Below are positions 10,535 through 20,042 of a stretch of DNA of 50,230 bases, piece by piece (position 1 is the first letter of the stretch; the number at the start of each line of letters is the position of its first letter). Position numbers and translations under genes: made by a program. The stretch is taken from positions 1 through 50,230 of IMG/VR virus record IMGVR_UViG_3300030012_000996. The stretch is one strand, 5' to 3'. The notes beneath the pieces were generated by a model. That model had not been told where the DNA came from and ran no database searches. It saw nothing but the letters and a program-made list of their open reading frames with translations. Origin of the DNA: a virus (taxonomy: Duplodnaviria > Caudoviricetes).

Positions 10535-10891
10535 ATGGCACAAGTAAACATAGCAAACGTAGCCACCATAAAACCTACTCTTGTTACTGCCACAGCAGGC
10601 ACGAGTCTGACCGCTATTATTGATGTAGCTACTGACAGTTGCATGAAAATTGATAGTATATATGTATCAAACATAGACGGGACAAACACCGCAACAGCAA
10701 GCATAGCTGTTAGTGTGGACAATGGTTCAAGCCAACAATATATTATCAAGGCCGTACCAGTACCGCCGGGAGCTTCAATATCGGTCTTAGACACACCATT
10801 ATTCTTAGATGAGACAGACTTGCTATATCACCAGGCATCAGCAGCTAGCGACATAGACGTAGTTGTTTCAGGCGTAGAGATGATTGACTAA
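10535..10891 (+). CDS. small beta-rich structural protein of the fibre block
   Basis: GAGG RBS; 118 aa; coupled to the next gene. Confidence 0.65.
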   Translation: MAQVNIANVATIKPTLVTATAGTSLTAIIDVATDSCMKIDSIYVSNIDGTNTATASIAVSVDNGSSQQYIIKAVPVPPGASISVLDTPLFLDETDLLYHQASAASDIDVVVSGVEMID

Positions 10892-12264
10892 TGATTAATA
10901 CGTTTGATGTGTACGCTTCGGACTTGCAGACAGCAATGAACATGCTTAAATCAGCAGGCTCACATTATTACGACAAGCCAAACGCAGGCCATTACAACAT
11001 TAACGACGTTGAAAAGGGCACTAGATCAAATGAATACAATAGGGCATATGCGCCTACATCTGATTATAGAGAACAATCTGTACAGACAAACGGAAAAAGA
11101 AGTGCAGTAATCTTAACTGGCAGACTATATCTTAATGGCAATTTTGCAGGTATGTATGATTATGCGTACATCAATGGCAATACAACTGTAGACACAGAAG
11201 AATATCCTAAACTAAACCATTGGTTTACAGATAATACCGACACACACTGGGCATTAGTATGCGTAGACGGGACTTTAACAACAGGTCAAAGAAATATAAT
11301 AAAACCACCAGTTAGAAAATTAGGTTTTGTATTACACACTGACGGTGATTTTACACATAACGGACTTGTATCAATGACAGGTAAAGGTGCTAATCATAGT
11401 GGTACTGGAAACTCTCATGGATATACAGCACCAGTCGCTATACCAGTCAAAAGTGGCGTAACCATACCCGCAGCAGGTGGGGCAGGTGGAGCTAGATATT
11501 CTCATTCAGCCAACTCTGCTCAAAAAAATGACGGCGGTACAGCAACTAATGGTACCGGTGGTGGTGGAAGTGGAGCATCTTTTCCAGTAGTTAGCGGTAC
11601 AACTACATCTGGCGCAGGCGCAGCAGGTACTTGTTTTAGTAGTGGGTCAGGTGGTGGTTCTATTATGCAATATCACGCTTCCACAAGTGGCGCAGACCAA
11701 TCAGGCGAAACAATGGATGCGATAGCTAATGGTGGAGCAGGTGGTAATGCCGTTGACCGATCTAGTGTTTATGGACAAATGGGTGGTTCTGGTAATCCTG
11801 CAGGTTGCATAAGAGGTTCAGACTCTATAACAACTTTAAACTTTTGGGGTGGTCAAAGTGGTAATATAAACCCTCAACCATTTCACTATTACGGATATGG
11901 AGAAGATGTAAACATTGAAGATAAAAGAGCTGTACTTGGAAACAGCTACTATCTTTCAAGACCATATTCAGTAGGTATTGGTGGAGGTGACAATGGTTTT
12001 GACGGAACCGCAGGGTGTTTATACATTTTTGTAAACGGAACATGGTCTGGAACTGGCAGAGCCTATTCACAAGGTAGTTCAACTGGTAATGCTCATGACG
12101 GCGTCTCAGGTGCAGGCGGTGGTTGTGTCGGTGGAGGTGTAGTTTGCATACTTTCAGACAGCACATCAGGCGGACCTAGTTCATATGTCACAGGTGGCCC
12201 TGTAGGTAATAACTACGGCGGTGGCGGTGGTGGAAATGGTTCAGCTATTAGAGGTACTTTCTAA
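10891..12264 (+). CDS. glycine-rich virion/fibre-tip protein
   Basis: Many GGGG(S/A) tracts in the C-terminal two-thirds. Confidence 0.65.
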   Translation: MINTFDVYASDLQTAMNMLKSAGSHYYDKPNAGHYNINDVEKGTRSNEYNRAYAPTSDYREQSVQTNGKRSAVILTGRLYLNGNFAGMYDYAYINGNTTVDTEEYPKLNHWFTDNTDTHWALVCVDGTLTTGQRNIIKPPVRKLGFVLHTDGDFTHNGLVSMTGKGANHSGTGNSHGYTAPVAIPVKSGVTIPAAGGAGGARYSHSANSAQKNDGGTATNGTGGGGSGASFPVVSGTTTSGAGAAGTCFSSGSGGGSIMQYHASTSGADQSGETMDAIANGGAGGNAVDRSSVYGQMGGSGNPAGCIRGSDSITTLNFWGGQSGNINPQPFHYYGYGEDVNIEDKRAVLGNSYYLSRPYSVGIGGGDNGFDGTAGCLYIFVNGTWSGTGRAYSQGSSTGNAHDGVSGAGGGCVGGGVVCILSDSTSGGPSSYVTGGPVGNNYGGGGGGNGSAIRGTF

Positions 12265-12653
12265 TGGCAAAGTATTTCATACACAATAACGAACAAGAGC
12301 TAAGCATGGGAAGCCCTTATCATGATTTGCTAGGCAATGTGCCGTCAGGTTGGACGGTAGTTGAATATCAGAACGAGGGAGAGCAAGCAGATGTTTCTGA
12401 TGCAGCATTAGCTATAGAGTCCGAGGCCGGATTGACTATATCTGGCACTCCATGTATCGTAGTTGAATTAAACCTTTATGCAGGATTAAGGGACGCAAAC
12501 GGAGATGAGGTTACAACCAAAGCAAATAAATGGATTTGTATTCTAGTTGATCCGGCGGGTAGTTGGACTGATATAACCAATTCAATGACCGAGTGGGTTG
12601 CTATGGACGATCAAGCCCACGATGACTTAATAGCTATGGGCAAACCTTCGTAG
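12264..12653 (+). CDS. hypothetical protein (possible chaperone of the Gly-rich protein)
   Basis: Acidic 129-aa ORF, TAATG-coupled. Confidence 0.6.
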   Translation: MAKYFIHNNEQELSMGSPYHDLLGNVPSGWTVVEYQNEGEQADVSDAALAIESEAGLTISGTPCIVVELNLYAGLRDANGDEVTTKANKWICILVDPAGSWTDITNSMTEWVAMDDQAHDDLIAMGKPS

Positions 12654-12683
12654 GTGCTAGAATTTTATAAAAAGGAGTAAACT

Positions 12684-13280
12684 ATGGCAAATACTAAAGT
12701 AACACAGGAACTCATAGCAGATGATGCTGTAGGCGCGGCTCAACTTGCATCTAGCGCAGTCGTAACCGCATCTATAGTTGACGACAACGTTACGCAAGCC
12801 AAGATTGCCGATGATGCAGTAGGAGCAGACCAGTTAGCAGCCAGTGCCGTTGTAACAGCTTCAATTGTTGATGACGCAGTCACAGGCGCAAAGATAGAGA
12901 ACGCAGTAACGATTGCAACATCAGCAACTTCTCCTCTAATGGTAGCAACGACAAGTGCCAGAATTACACAAGTAGCTTTAACATCAAGCTCCAACGCGGT
13001 TGCTTGGGACGCTGCAGCTGCCGCAAACGCATATCATTTAACAACTGAAAACACTACGTTTTCGGCTCCTAGTAATGCAGTAGAGGGTGCAATTATCTCT
13101 GTTGAGATAGCCCAAGGTGGTACTGCTCGGACTATTGCATGGAACACGGTGTACGAATTCGCAGCCTCAACGGCCCCTACAATAACCGCCACCGCAAACA
13201 AAACCGACATATTAAGTTTCAGATACAACGGCTCGGTATGGCAGGAAATAGGACGAGTCCAAAACTTAGCGCAGACCTAA
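12684..13280 (+). CDS. short fibre protein with (I/L)ADDAV-type repeats
   Basis: AGGAG RBS; 5/10-residue periodic repeats; C-terminal KTDILSFRYNGSVW domain. Confidence 0.7.
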   Translation: MANTKVTQELIADDAVGAAQLASSAVVTASIVDDNVTQAKIADDAVGADQLAASAVVTASIVDDAVTGAKIENAVTIATSATSPLMVATTSARITQVALTSSSNAVAWDAAAAANAYHLTTENTTFSAPSNAVEGAIISVEIAQGGTARTIAWNTVYEFAASTAPTITATANKTDILSFRYNGSVWQEIGRVQNLAQT

Positions 13281-13281
13281 T

Positions 13282-14727
13282 ATGGAAAGCCTGCAAAGGA
13301 CAGCAAACAGAGGAAGCATATCTACAGGTTTTGATATTTCTAACTCTCTAAAGTTTGAAGCCGACAATACTGAATATCTGCACTTCACTCCTTCAAGCCA
13401 GACTGACTACGAAAGACTAGCATTTAGTGTTTGGGTCAAAAGAACAGAGATAAGCACAACACAAACTATCGCAGAGTTCGGCAATGGTACAGCAGACACT
13501 ACACAGCTAAGAATAGGATTTGATACTAACGACAGGTTATTCTGCTACGGTAATTCTACTATTTGGAGACAAACCAATAGGGTTTTCCGCGATACGAGCG
13601 CCTATTACCACTTATTTTTTCTTTTTGACACGACAACGCCGGGAGGTGTTTCTAATAATAGAATAAGAATTTGGGTGAACGGTTCAATGATTGCTCACAC
13701 CGACTTTGGCGTTATTAACAATCCCGGTTCAGGCTCGTCAATGGGTTTTAATAGAACAACGCAACAATCTATCGGAGCGCAAAGGGAAGACGGACCTAAG
13801 AATTATTTTTGCGGATATATGTCGCAAGTATGGGCCTCTGGTGGAACGCCACCCGTTGTAACTGATTTCGGAGAATACGACGAAGATACTAATATTTGGA
13901 AACCTATAAATATAAGCGGTGTATCAGTTCCAGATGCAAACGGATTCTTCCTTGACTTTAGTTCTTCGTCAGACTTAGGTAACGACTCCAGCAGCAACAA
14001 TAACGATTTTACATTAGTAAACATAGCAGCAATTGATCAGGCTACAGATTCACCAACTAATAATTTTTGTACATTTAATGCTATTCAGAATTACACACCC
14101 TCAACGGTTTTATCAGACGGCGGCACTTTATGGGACAACCCAGCCGGACAAAACTGGCAAACAATTACAGGAACATTTGCAGTAGCAAGTGGTAAATGGT
14201 ACTGGGAAGTCAGAGGAGCGACATATGCTTTTTTAGGCATAGTAGATGTTGCGGACTCAGTAGTTCCGACAAATCCAAATGGATATTACTTAGGTTATGG
14301 TGACAACAATTCTGCTACTACTAAATCTATAGGCATGTATTCAATAAACGGTCAAGTTTATAATGCGCCGAGTGGATCGCCAGACGGAACAAGCTATACA
14401 AGTTCTAGTATGATTGGTTTTGCATTGGATATGGACAATAGGAAGATGTGGATCAGCAAGGACGGAACGTGGATAAGCACTATTGGAGACCCAACAGGAA
14501 CACCCTCTGGTGGTATTGATTTAACTTATTTGGGTGATTATGTTTATCCAGCAGCATCAGTATCTGCATCAAACGGAGTTATTTGTGCCTTTGGCGGCAT
14601 AGTGAGTCCTCATGTATCACATCACAACATGACGAATACAGACGCAAATGGATATGGGGCATTCAAGACAGCGCCACCAGCGAATTACTATTCTTTGTGT
14701 TCAAAAAATTTAGCAGAATACGGATAA
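13282..14727 (+). CDS. concanavalin A/LamG-like plus SPRY-like domain virion protein
   Basis: FSVWVKR and FRDTSAYYH (LamG-like); GKWYWEV and IGFALDMDN (SPRY-like). Confidence 0.75.
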   Translation: MESLQRTANRGSISTGFDISNSLKFEADNTEYLHFTPSSQTDYERLAFSVWVKRTEISTTQTIAEFGNGTADTTQLRIGFDTNDRLFCYGNSTIWRQTNRVFRDTSAYYHLFFLFDTTTPGGVSNNRIRIWVNGSMIAHTDFGVINNPGSGSSMGFNRTTQQSIGAQREDGPKNYFCGYMSQVWASGGTPPVVTDFGEYDEDTNIWKPINISGVSVPDANGFFLDFSSSSDLGNDSSSNNNDFTLVNIAAIDQATDSPTNNFCTFNAIQNYTPSTVLSDGGTLWDNPAGQNWQTITGTFAVASGKWYWEVRGATYAFLGIVDVADSVVPTNPNGYYLGYGDNNSATTKSIGMYSINGQVYNAPSGSPDGTSYTSSSMIGFALDMDNRKMWISKDGTWISTIGDPTGTPSGGIDLTYLGDYVYPAASVSASNGVICAFGGIVSPHVSHHNMTNTDANGYGAFKTAPPANYYSLCSKNLAEYG

Positions 14728-14733
14728 TTAATT

Positions 14734-15813
14734 ATGGCTTATACAACTATAGACACACCCGAAAGCTATTTCAACGTGGTCACTTATACAGGCAATGGCT
14801 CAACCCAGTCTATAACAGGAGTAGGTTTTCAACCTGACATGGTTTGGCTCAAAAGCAGAAACGCATCAGGTGACCATGTTATAACTGACTCTAGCAGAGG
14901 AACGGGTAAGCAAATAATGACAAACGGCTCAAATACTGATAGCTGGGAAGAAACAGAACAATCTGCAACTAACCGTATCACTTCTTTTGATAGTGACGGC
15001 TTTTCATTAGGCGCCAATGCAGAGGGAAATACAAACGGCGACACATATGTCGCCTGGTGTTGGAAACTTAATGGAGGAACTACAGAAACTATAGCGGCTG
15101 GTTCAACAAGTTACGATCCTTCTGAATCAACCGTGCAAAAGAACTTGACAGCAAACATAACAATATCAGAGTATCAAGGTTCTACTAGCTATGGTTCATA
15201 TTCGCATGGTCTGGGTGAGATACCCGCATTTACTTTAATTAAAGCCAAAACTATCGGCTCTAACGCGCCGCTCGTTTATTTGCACAACGCGAGAGGCTAC
15301 GATAACGCAGGGTATCTAACTACGGGCACGGGTGCAGGAAGCGCATTGTTTGATGCAGCGCCGACATCTTCAGTTGTTAACTGTAAAGATGTTAACCCCG
15401 TATTCAGACCGCAAGGCACGAAGTCTTATGTGGCATGGCATTTCGGTAACGAACAAGGTTACCAGAAAGCAGGATTAGCATATGCAAACTCTAGTACCAA
15501 TGGTACGTTTATTTATTTAGGATTCAAGCCGAGGTTTTTTATAATGAAAAGATATGATGCTAGCGGTGGCTGGTTTTGCATTGATAGCCATAGAAAACCA
15601 ACAAATACAGACTCTAACGCATTCATGCGAATGCACAATCGTGGTTCAGAGGGGACTGGAAGTGCCGGTGCTAACGACATATATGTAGATTTCTTAAGTA
15701 ACGGCGTAAAAATGAGATCAACTGACGGCGAGTTAAACGGAAGTTTATTGTATTGGGCAATAGCTGAAAGGCCCTTTGTAAGTTCAACGGGAATACCCAA
15801 CACTGCACAATAG
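14734..15813 (+). CDS. putative fibre/receptor-binding virion protein
   Basis: YTGNG...GVGFQPDMVWLKSR and GFKPRFFIMKR repeated-domain pattern common in aquatic phage structural genes. Confidence 0.65.
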   Translation: MAYTTIDTPESYFNVVTYTGNGSTQSITGVGFQPDMVWLKSRNASGDHVITDSSRGTGKQIMTNGSNTDSWEETEQSATNRITSFDSDGFSLGANAEGNTNGDTYVAWCWKLNGGTTETIAAGSTSYDPSESTVQKNLTANITISEYQGSTSYGSYSHGLGEIPAFTLIKAKTIGSNAPLVYLHNARGYDNAGYLTTGTGAGSALFDAAPTSSVVNCKDVNPVFRPQGTKSYVAWHFGNEQGYQKAGLAYANSSTNGTFIYLGFKPRFFIMKRYDASGGWFCIDSHRKPTNTDSNAFMRMHNRGSEGTGSAGANDIYVDFLSNGVKMRSTDGELNGSLLYWAIAERPFVSSTGIPNTAQ

Positions 15814-15845
15814 GATAAATAAAATTATTGAGGTAAGATAATAAT

Positions 15846-16382
15846 ATGTGGGCATTAGTAGAAAATAGTAAGGTAAGCAAGGTTTTTAACAGACCGACAG
15901 CAATAACGGTAAATGATACGCAGTATCCTGCTAACATCATGGGCAGTTGGACTGCCGCACAACTTAAAACGATAGGTGTATACGAGGTCGTAATCAACGA
16001 CAGTAAGTATAAAAATCCAGAGTATTACATAAATACCAGTCAAGAGTTCAAATTTGCAAGCAATAAAGTTACTGCAAGCTATGGAACAGCGACAGCAAAA
16101 GACTTAGATAACTTAAAAAAAGAACACAAGCAATTAATAACAAATCAAGCCTATAGCTTATTACAGCCTAATGACTGGTTAGTTGTAAGAAAACAGGAAT
16201 CAGGAGCGGACATACCTAGCGACTGGACGTCGTTTAGAACTGGCGTGAGAACTGCTGCAGACAGCATGAAAACAAAGATAGATGCTGTTTCAAATGTTGA
16301 TGCTCTTGCAGCACTCTATGTCTATGACGATGCAGACCCACCAGTCAGACCTTTAGGCGAGTTCCCAACACCGCCTGAATAA
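15846..16382 (+). CDS. tail-fibre assembly chaperone-like protein
   Basis: C-terminal LLQPNDWLV...W..FR..VR...FPTPP resembles fibre assembly chaperones; follows fibre genes. Confidence 0.6.
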   Translation: MWALVENSKVSKVFNRPTAITVNDTQYPANIMGSWTAAQLKTIGVYEVVINDSKYKNPEYYINTSQEFKFASNKVTASYGTATAKDLDNLKKEHKQLITNQAYSLLQPNDWLVVRKQESGADIPSDWTSFRTGVRTAADSMKTKIDAVSNVDALAALYVYDDADPPVRPLGEFPTPPE

Positions 16383-16414
16383 TGCTAAGATATTAATTTT
16401 TACAGGAGTAAGAT

Positions 16415-16795
16415 ATGGCAGAAGCTAAAAACAACACAGCAGAGGAAGTAAAGGTTAGTGAGTCAGAGCAACCACAATACATAACGCTTACTGAAAATGT
16501 TGAGGGTGGAGACAATATAGTCAAACATTATGCGATAGCAGATATGTCTGACGAGGCAAAAATATTGTTTGATAGGCAAGTATTAGAGCAAGACAATAAG
16601 ACTAAACTTATTAACTCTTTTAATCTACAGCTTGACAATCAAAACAGGATATTGAATAGCCTTGTTGACGATTTAAGAAAAGTGCTACCTGCAGAAGTTG
16701 ATTTACCAACCAATGAGAGTAAAGATGCCAACGAAGAAACCAGCACCGAAGAAAAAGCCAATAGCGAAGAAAAGGGCGACAAAAAAGCCAACTAA
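16415..16795 (+). CDS. hypothetical coiled-coil protein
   Basis: AGGAG RBS; upstream TGcTAAGAT promoter element. Confidence 0.7.
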   Translation: MAEAKNNTAEEVKVSESEQPQYITLTENVEGGDNIVKHYAIADMSDEAKILFDRQVLEQDNKTKLINSFNLQLDNQNRILNSLVDDLRKVLPAEVDLPTNESKDANEETSTEEKANSEEKGDKKAN

Positions 16796-16958
16796 TGTAA
16801 GCGCTTTAGAGTTGCATGAACAGATATGCGCGATTCGCTATGAGAACCTAGATAAAAGATTGGAGTCAGGTTCGGCTAGGTTCATTCGCATGGAGGCAAT
16901 GATCTGGGGCCTTTACGCTGTAATCGTTGGTTCTTACTTATTAGAGAGGGTCGTTTAA
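16725..16958 (+). CDS. small protein with C-terminal transmembrane helix
   Basis: HEQICAIRY..LDKRL coiled segment followed by hydrophobic AMIWGLYAVIVGSYLL. Confidence 0.6.
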   Translation: MPTKKPAPKKKPIAKKRATKKPTNVSALELHEQICAIRYENLDKRLESGSARFIRMEAMIWGLYAVIVGSYLLERVV

Positions 16959-17614
16959 TGGCAGGATTAGTAACAACAACGGGACCAACCCAAGAACCAG
17001 TTACACTTCAAGAGGTGAAGGAGTACCTTAGGGTTGACGATGCAACAGACGAAAGGGTAGTAAGGCCCTTCATAGAGACAGCGAGAAGGTTCTGCGAGGA
17101 GCACACCGGACGGGCCTTGATGTCGCAGACGCTTACGCTTTTCCTGGACGCTTTTGAAGACATTGACGATCCGTTGTGGGAAGGCGTTAGAACGGGTCCG
17201 TATCTGAACTACTACAAGAACTACATTGTTTTACCGAGAGCCCCGGTAACATCTGTAACGCATATAAAGACATATGATGATGCTGATACTGCCACAACCT
17301 TTGCTGCATCTAAATACTACCTAGACAGCGCTAGGGAGCCTGCTAGAGTGGTTCTTAGAACAGGAGAGAGCTTTCCTACTGCTCTGCGTGTCGCAAACGC
17401 TATTGAAATAAGATACGTAACTGGCTATACATCACAATACAACATTCCAGAACCCATAAAGCTAGGCATCATGCAGCACATAGCTTACCTTTATGAACAC
17501 AGAGGCGATATGTATGATGCGAAACTTCCCTATCCCCCTATGTTGAGGTCATTGTACGCCCCCTATGTAATTCATAGAGGTTTGGGTTCTTCCTCACTAA
17601 TGGCTCTCGGTTAG
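16958..17614 (+). CDS. head-tail connector (gp6-like adaptor)
   Basis: EPVTLQEVKEYLRVD, ARRFCEEHTGRAL, IAYLYEHRG. Confidence 0.9.
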   Translation: MAGLVTTTGPTQEPVTLQEVKEYLRVDDATDERVVRPFIETARRFCEEHTGRALMSQTLTLFLDAFEDIDDPLWEGVRTGPYLNYYKNYIVLPRAPVTSVTHIKTYDDADTATTFAASKYYLDSAREPARVVLRTGESFPTALRVANAIEIRYVTGYTSQYNIPEPIKLGIMQHIAYLYEHRGDMYDAKLPYPPMLRSLYAPYVIHRGLGSSSLMALG

Positions 17615-17615
17615 T

Positions 17616-17945
17616 ATGTCAAATAGTATCGGCAAGATGCGCTATAGGGTTAAGGTTGAGAGGGCAACCAACACCAGAGATGCAGGCGGGGGCTTATCAC
17701 AGGCATTCAACTCTGTAGCAACCATATACGCAAACATCAAGCCAAAGAGCGCAAATAGCAGATATAGAGAAGGAATGCTTCAAGAAAAGGTCACGCACGA
17801 GATCACCATACGCTACATGAAGAACATTGACACTAACAGCCGGATCACGTACGGGACTAGGTCATTCGCGGTTAATGGGATCATTAACGTTGACGAACGA
17901 GACAGGTTCCTGACTCTGCTATGCGAGGAAGGCGTAGCCATATGA
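17616..17945 (+). CDS. head closure / head-tail joining protein
   Basis: GKMRYRV, DAGGG, THEITIRY, LLCEEG. Confidence 0.9.
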   Translation: MSNSIGKMRYRVKVERATNTRDAGGGLSQAFNSVATIYANIKPKSANSRYREGMLQEKVTHEITIRYMKNIDTNSRITYGTRSFAVNGIINVDERDRFLTLLCEEGVAI

Positions 17946-18373
17946 GCATTGAACTTAAAATATCCAACCTCAAGGCCTTTAACAAAAAGCTAGAGAAGAA
18001 ACTAGCAGACAATAAGGTCAAAGAGTACGTGACTAGAGGTACAACTATGGTGAAAAACACCGCGCAGAAAAGCATACTTTCAGGCGGTACAGGGACAGTG
18101 TACGAAAAGTACGAGCCCAGAAGAACTCATAGAGCCTCTGCACCCAACCAACCACCAGCAAGCGACACCGGTTTTCTAGCTAGCCAAATAACTATGGAGG
18201 TTACAACAAAAAGCAACGGAACTGTTATAGGCCAGATAATATCCTCTGCGCCCTATTCCAAACATCTTGAGTTCGGAACAGTAAACATGACCGAAAGACC
18301 ATTCATGCAACCGGCTTTGATGCAAAACAAAAGAAAAATACAAGCCATGTTCAAAAAAGGTGTTCTTAAATGA
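17942..18373 (+). CDS. HK97 gp10-like tail completion protein
   Basis: SAPNQPPASDTGFL, YSKHLEFGT, RPFMQPA. Confidence 0.88.
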   Translation: MSIELKISNLKAFNKKLEKKLADNKVKEYVTRGTTMVKNTAQKSILSGGTGTVYEKYEPRRTHRASAPNQPPASDTGFLASQITMEVTTKSNGTVIGQIISSAPYSKHLEFGTVNMTERPFMQPALMQNKRKIQAMFKKGVLK

Positions 18374-18771
18374 CAATAGGCCAGTTCCAACTGCAATCAG
18401 CCGTCTATGCAGCACTTAACGTGTCAGCAATCACGTCCACGCTGTCCTGTGGCGTCTATGACGAAGTTATTGAGGGCAACTCCTACCCTTTTATCACATT
18501 AGGCGAAGAAACCGCCATAGACTACAGCACAAACAATCTGGTTGGCGCAGAAACGACCATAAACATACATGTTTGGTCAAGGTACAAAGGATCAAAAGAA
18601 ACTAAAGAAATTCTTGATAAGATTCATGATTTATTGCATGATGTTAACTTAAGTGTTACTGGAGTCAATCTAATTAACCTTAGATTTGAGTACAGCGACA
18701 TTATGAGGGACCCTGACGGGATAACTCGGCACGGTGTCATGAGATTTCGTGCGATTACACTAGGTACTTGA
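18370..18771 (+). CDS. tail terminator (DUF3168-like)
   Basis: LQSAVYAAL, VYD, YPFITLGE, HVWS, HGVMRFR. Confidence 0.88.
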   Translation: MTIGQFQLQSAVYAALNVSAITSTLSCGVYDEVIEGNSYPFITLGEETAIDYSTNNLVGAETTINIHVWSRYKGSKETKEILDKIHDLLHDVNLSVTGVNLINLRFEYSDIMRDPDGITRHGVMRFRAITLGT

Positions 18772-18859
18772 TTAACTACCAAATACCGAAGTAATACGGT
18801 GGCAGATGCCTTTTTTTTAATTAGGGGATTAACTACCCTCTTTATTTAGGAGAAAAAAT

Positions 18860-19273
18860 ATGGCAGCGCAAAAAGGAAGTGCAATGCTAATGAAAGTCGG
18901 TAACGGTGGCTCACCAGAGACTTTCACAACAATAGCAGGGCTTAGATCAACAAGTCTTTCAGTAAACAACGAATCAGTGGACGTAACGAATAAGGATTCT
19001 TCAGGTAAAAGAACTTTATTAGCAGCGGCAGGGGTTCAATCAATAAGCGTTTCAGGTAGCGGCGTATTCACAGACGGTGCATCAGAAACAACTGTCAAAA
19101 CAAATGCTTTAGCGGACACCCAGAACAACTATCAGTTTTTAGTTCCTGACTTTGGTACTTTTACAGGTGCTTTCCAAGTTACCAATTTAGAGTATGCCGG
19201 AGAACATAACGGTGAGGTAACTTACAGTATGTCCTTTGAATCAGCAGGTGCAATCACTTTCGCAACCGTATAA
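18860..19273 (+). CDS. major tail tube protein (TP901-1/GTA-like family)
   Basis: MAAQKG, AGLRSTSLSVN..VDVTNKDS, PDFG, FESAG. Confidence 0.92.
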   Translation: MAAQKGSAMLMKVGNGGSPETFTTIAGLRSTSLSVNNESVDVTNKDSSGKRTLLAAAGVQSISVSGSGVFTDGASETTVKTNALADTQNNYQFLVPDFGTFTGAFQVTNLEYAGEHNGEVTYSMSFESAGAITFATV

Positions 19274-19277
19274 GATT

Positions 19278-19517
19278 ATGGCTTGGGAACAAGTAAAGGT
19301 TAAAGCCGAAAAACATACTGTTATGGGCATGATTAAAGGCGACGAGCTTGAAATGCCAAACGTATTAATCGGTAAAACCCTAAAAATTGACGGTAAAGAT
19401 GTCTCTATCAAATCACATGTATTAGATGAAAGAGACGATGTTTTAAAAATCACACTTGCAATGGCAAGTCCAAAGAAGGAGAAGTCAGATGACAAACCCA
19501 CTAAAGGGTCAGATTGA
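19278..19517 (+). CDS. hypothetical protein between tail tube and chaperone
   Basis: Likely start MAWEQV at 19278, just after the tube gene stop. Confidence 0.6.
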   Translation: MAWEQVKVKAEKHTVMGMIKGDELEMPNVLIGKTLKIDGKDVSIKSHVLDERDDVLKITLAMASPKKEKSDDKPTKGSD

Positions 19518-19833
19518 AGTAACATTAGGTTCAGAAACCTATAAATGCAGACTAACTATAGATCATCTAGTAAAGATAGAGGACGAACTTGACGTAGGAG
19601 TTCTTGAGTTAGCACAACAAATCGCCCAGGCAAAAGTGCGCATCAGAACGCTAATAGTTGTTCTCAAATACGCATTACGAGGCGGCGGAAACGATTATGA
19701 CGATAGAAAAGTAGGGCAAATTATATCCGACGTGGGTATAGTTGTTGCTTCTACAGAGGTAGCCAAACTCTTGGTATCTACCTTAAACGACAATGACTCA
19801 GACGAGGAAGATAAAAAAAAAGCTATAGAGTAG
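19489..19833 (+). CDS. tail assembly chaperone gpG (GTA gp10-like)
   Basis: MTNPLKGQIEVTLG...RLT...IEDEL; position before the tape measure; ends just after an A9 run. Confidence 0.85.
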   Translation: MTNPLKGQIEVTLGSETYKCRLTIDHLVKIEDELDVGVLELAQQIAQAKVRIRTLIVVLKYALRGGGNDYDDRKVGQIISDVGIVVASTEVAKLLVSTLNDNDSDEEDKKKAIE

Positions 19834-20042
19834 ATGAAGACACGCCACCTATCAACTGGGGAGACTATTACATGATATGTGTTGGCATGATGAACATGAG
19901 GCCTATAGACTTCTGGAATATGTCGCCTAGAGAAATGTATTTAGCTATCAAAGGATTCAAGAGGTTCCACGCTGCTGACGAACAAGAAAAGCCTATGGAT
20001 AGACAAGAGCTGGATAAATTAATGGAGTTATACCCAGACTAA
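19821..20042 (+). CDS. gpT segment reached by -1 frameshift (gpGT fusion 19489-20042)
   Basis: -1 frame is open from the A9 run: SYRVDEDTPPINWGDYY...FWNMSPREMY...LMELYPD; its stop overlaps the tape-measure ATG. Confidence 0.8.
   Translation, partial: SYRVDEDTPPINWGDYYMICVGMMNMRPIDFWNMSPREMYLAIKGFKRFHAADEQEKPMDRQELDKLMELYPD

Noticed and set aside
5256-10794. Many minus-strand ORFs opposite the giant fibre (also opposite capsid, tape measure, J and portal)
   Set aside because: Shadow frames from codon bias of the plus-strand genes; no RBS or recognisable motifs.
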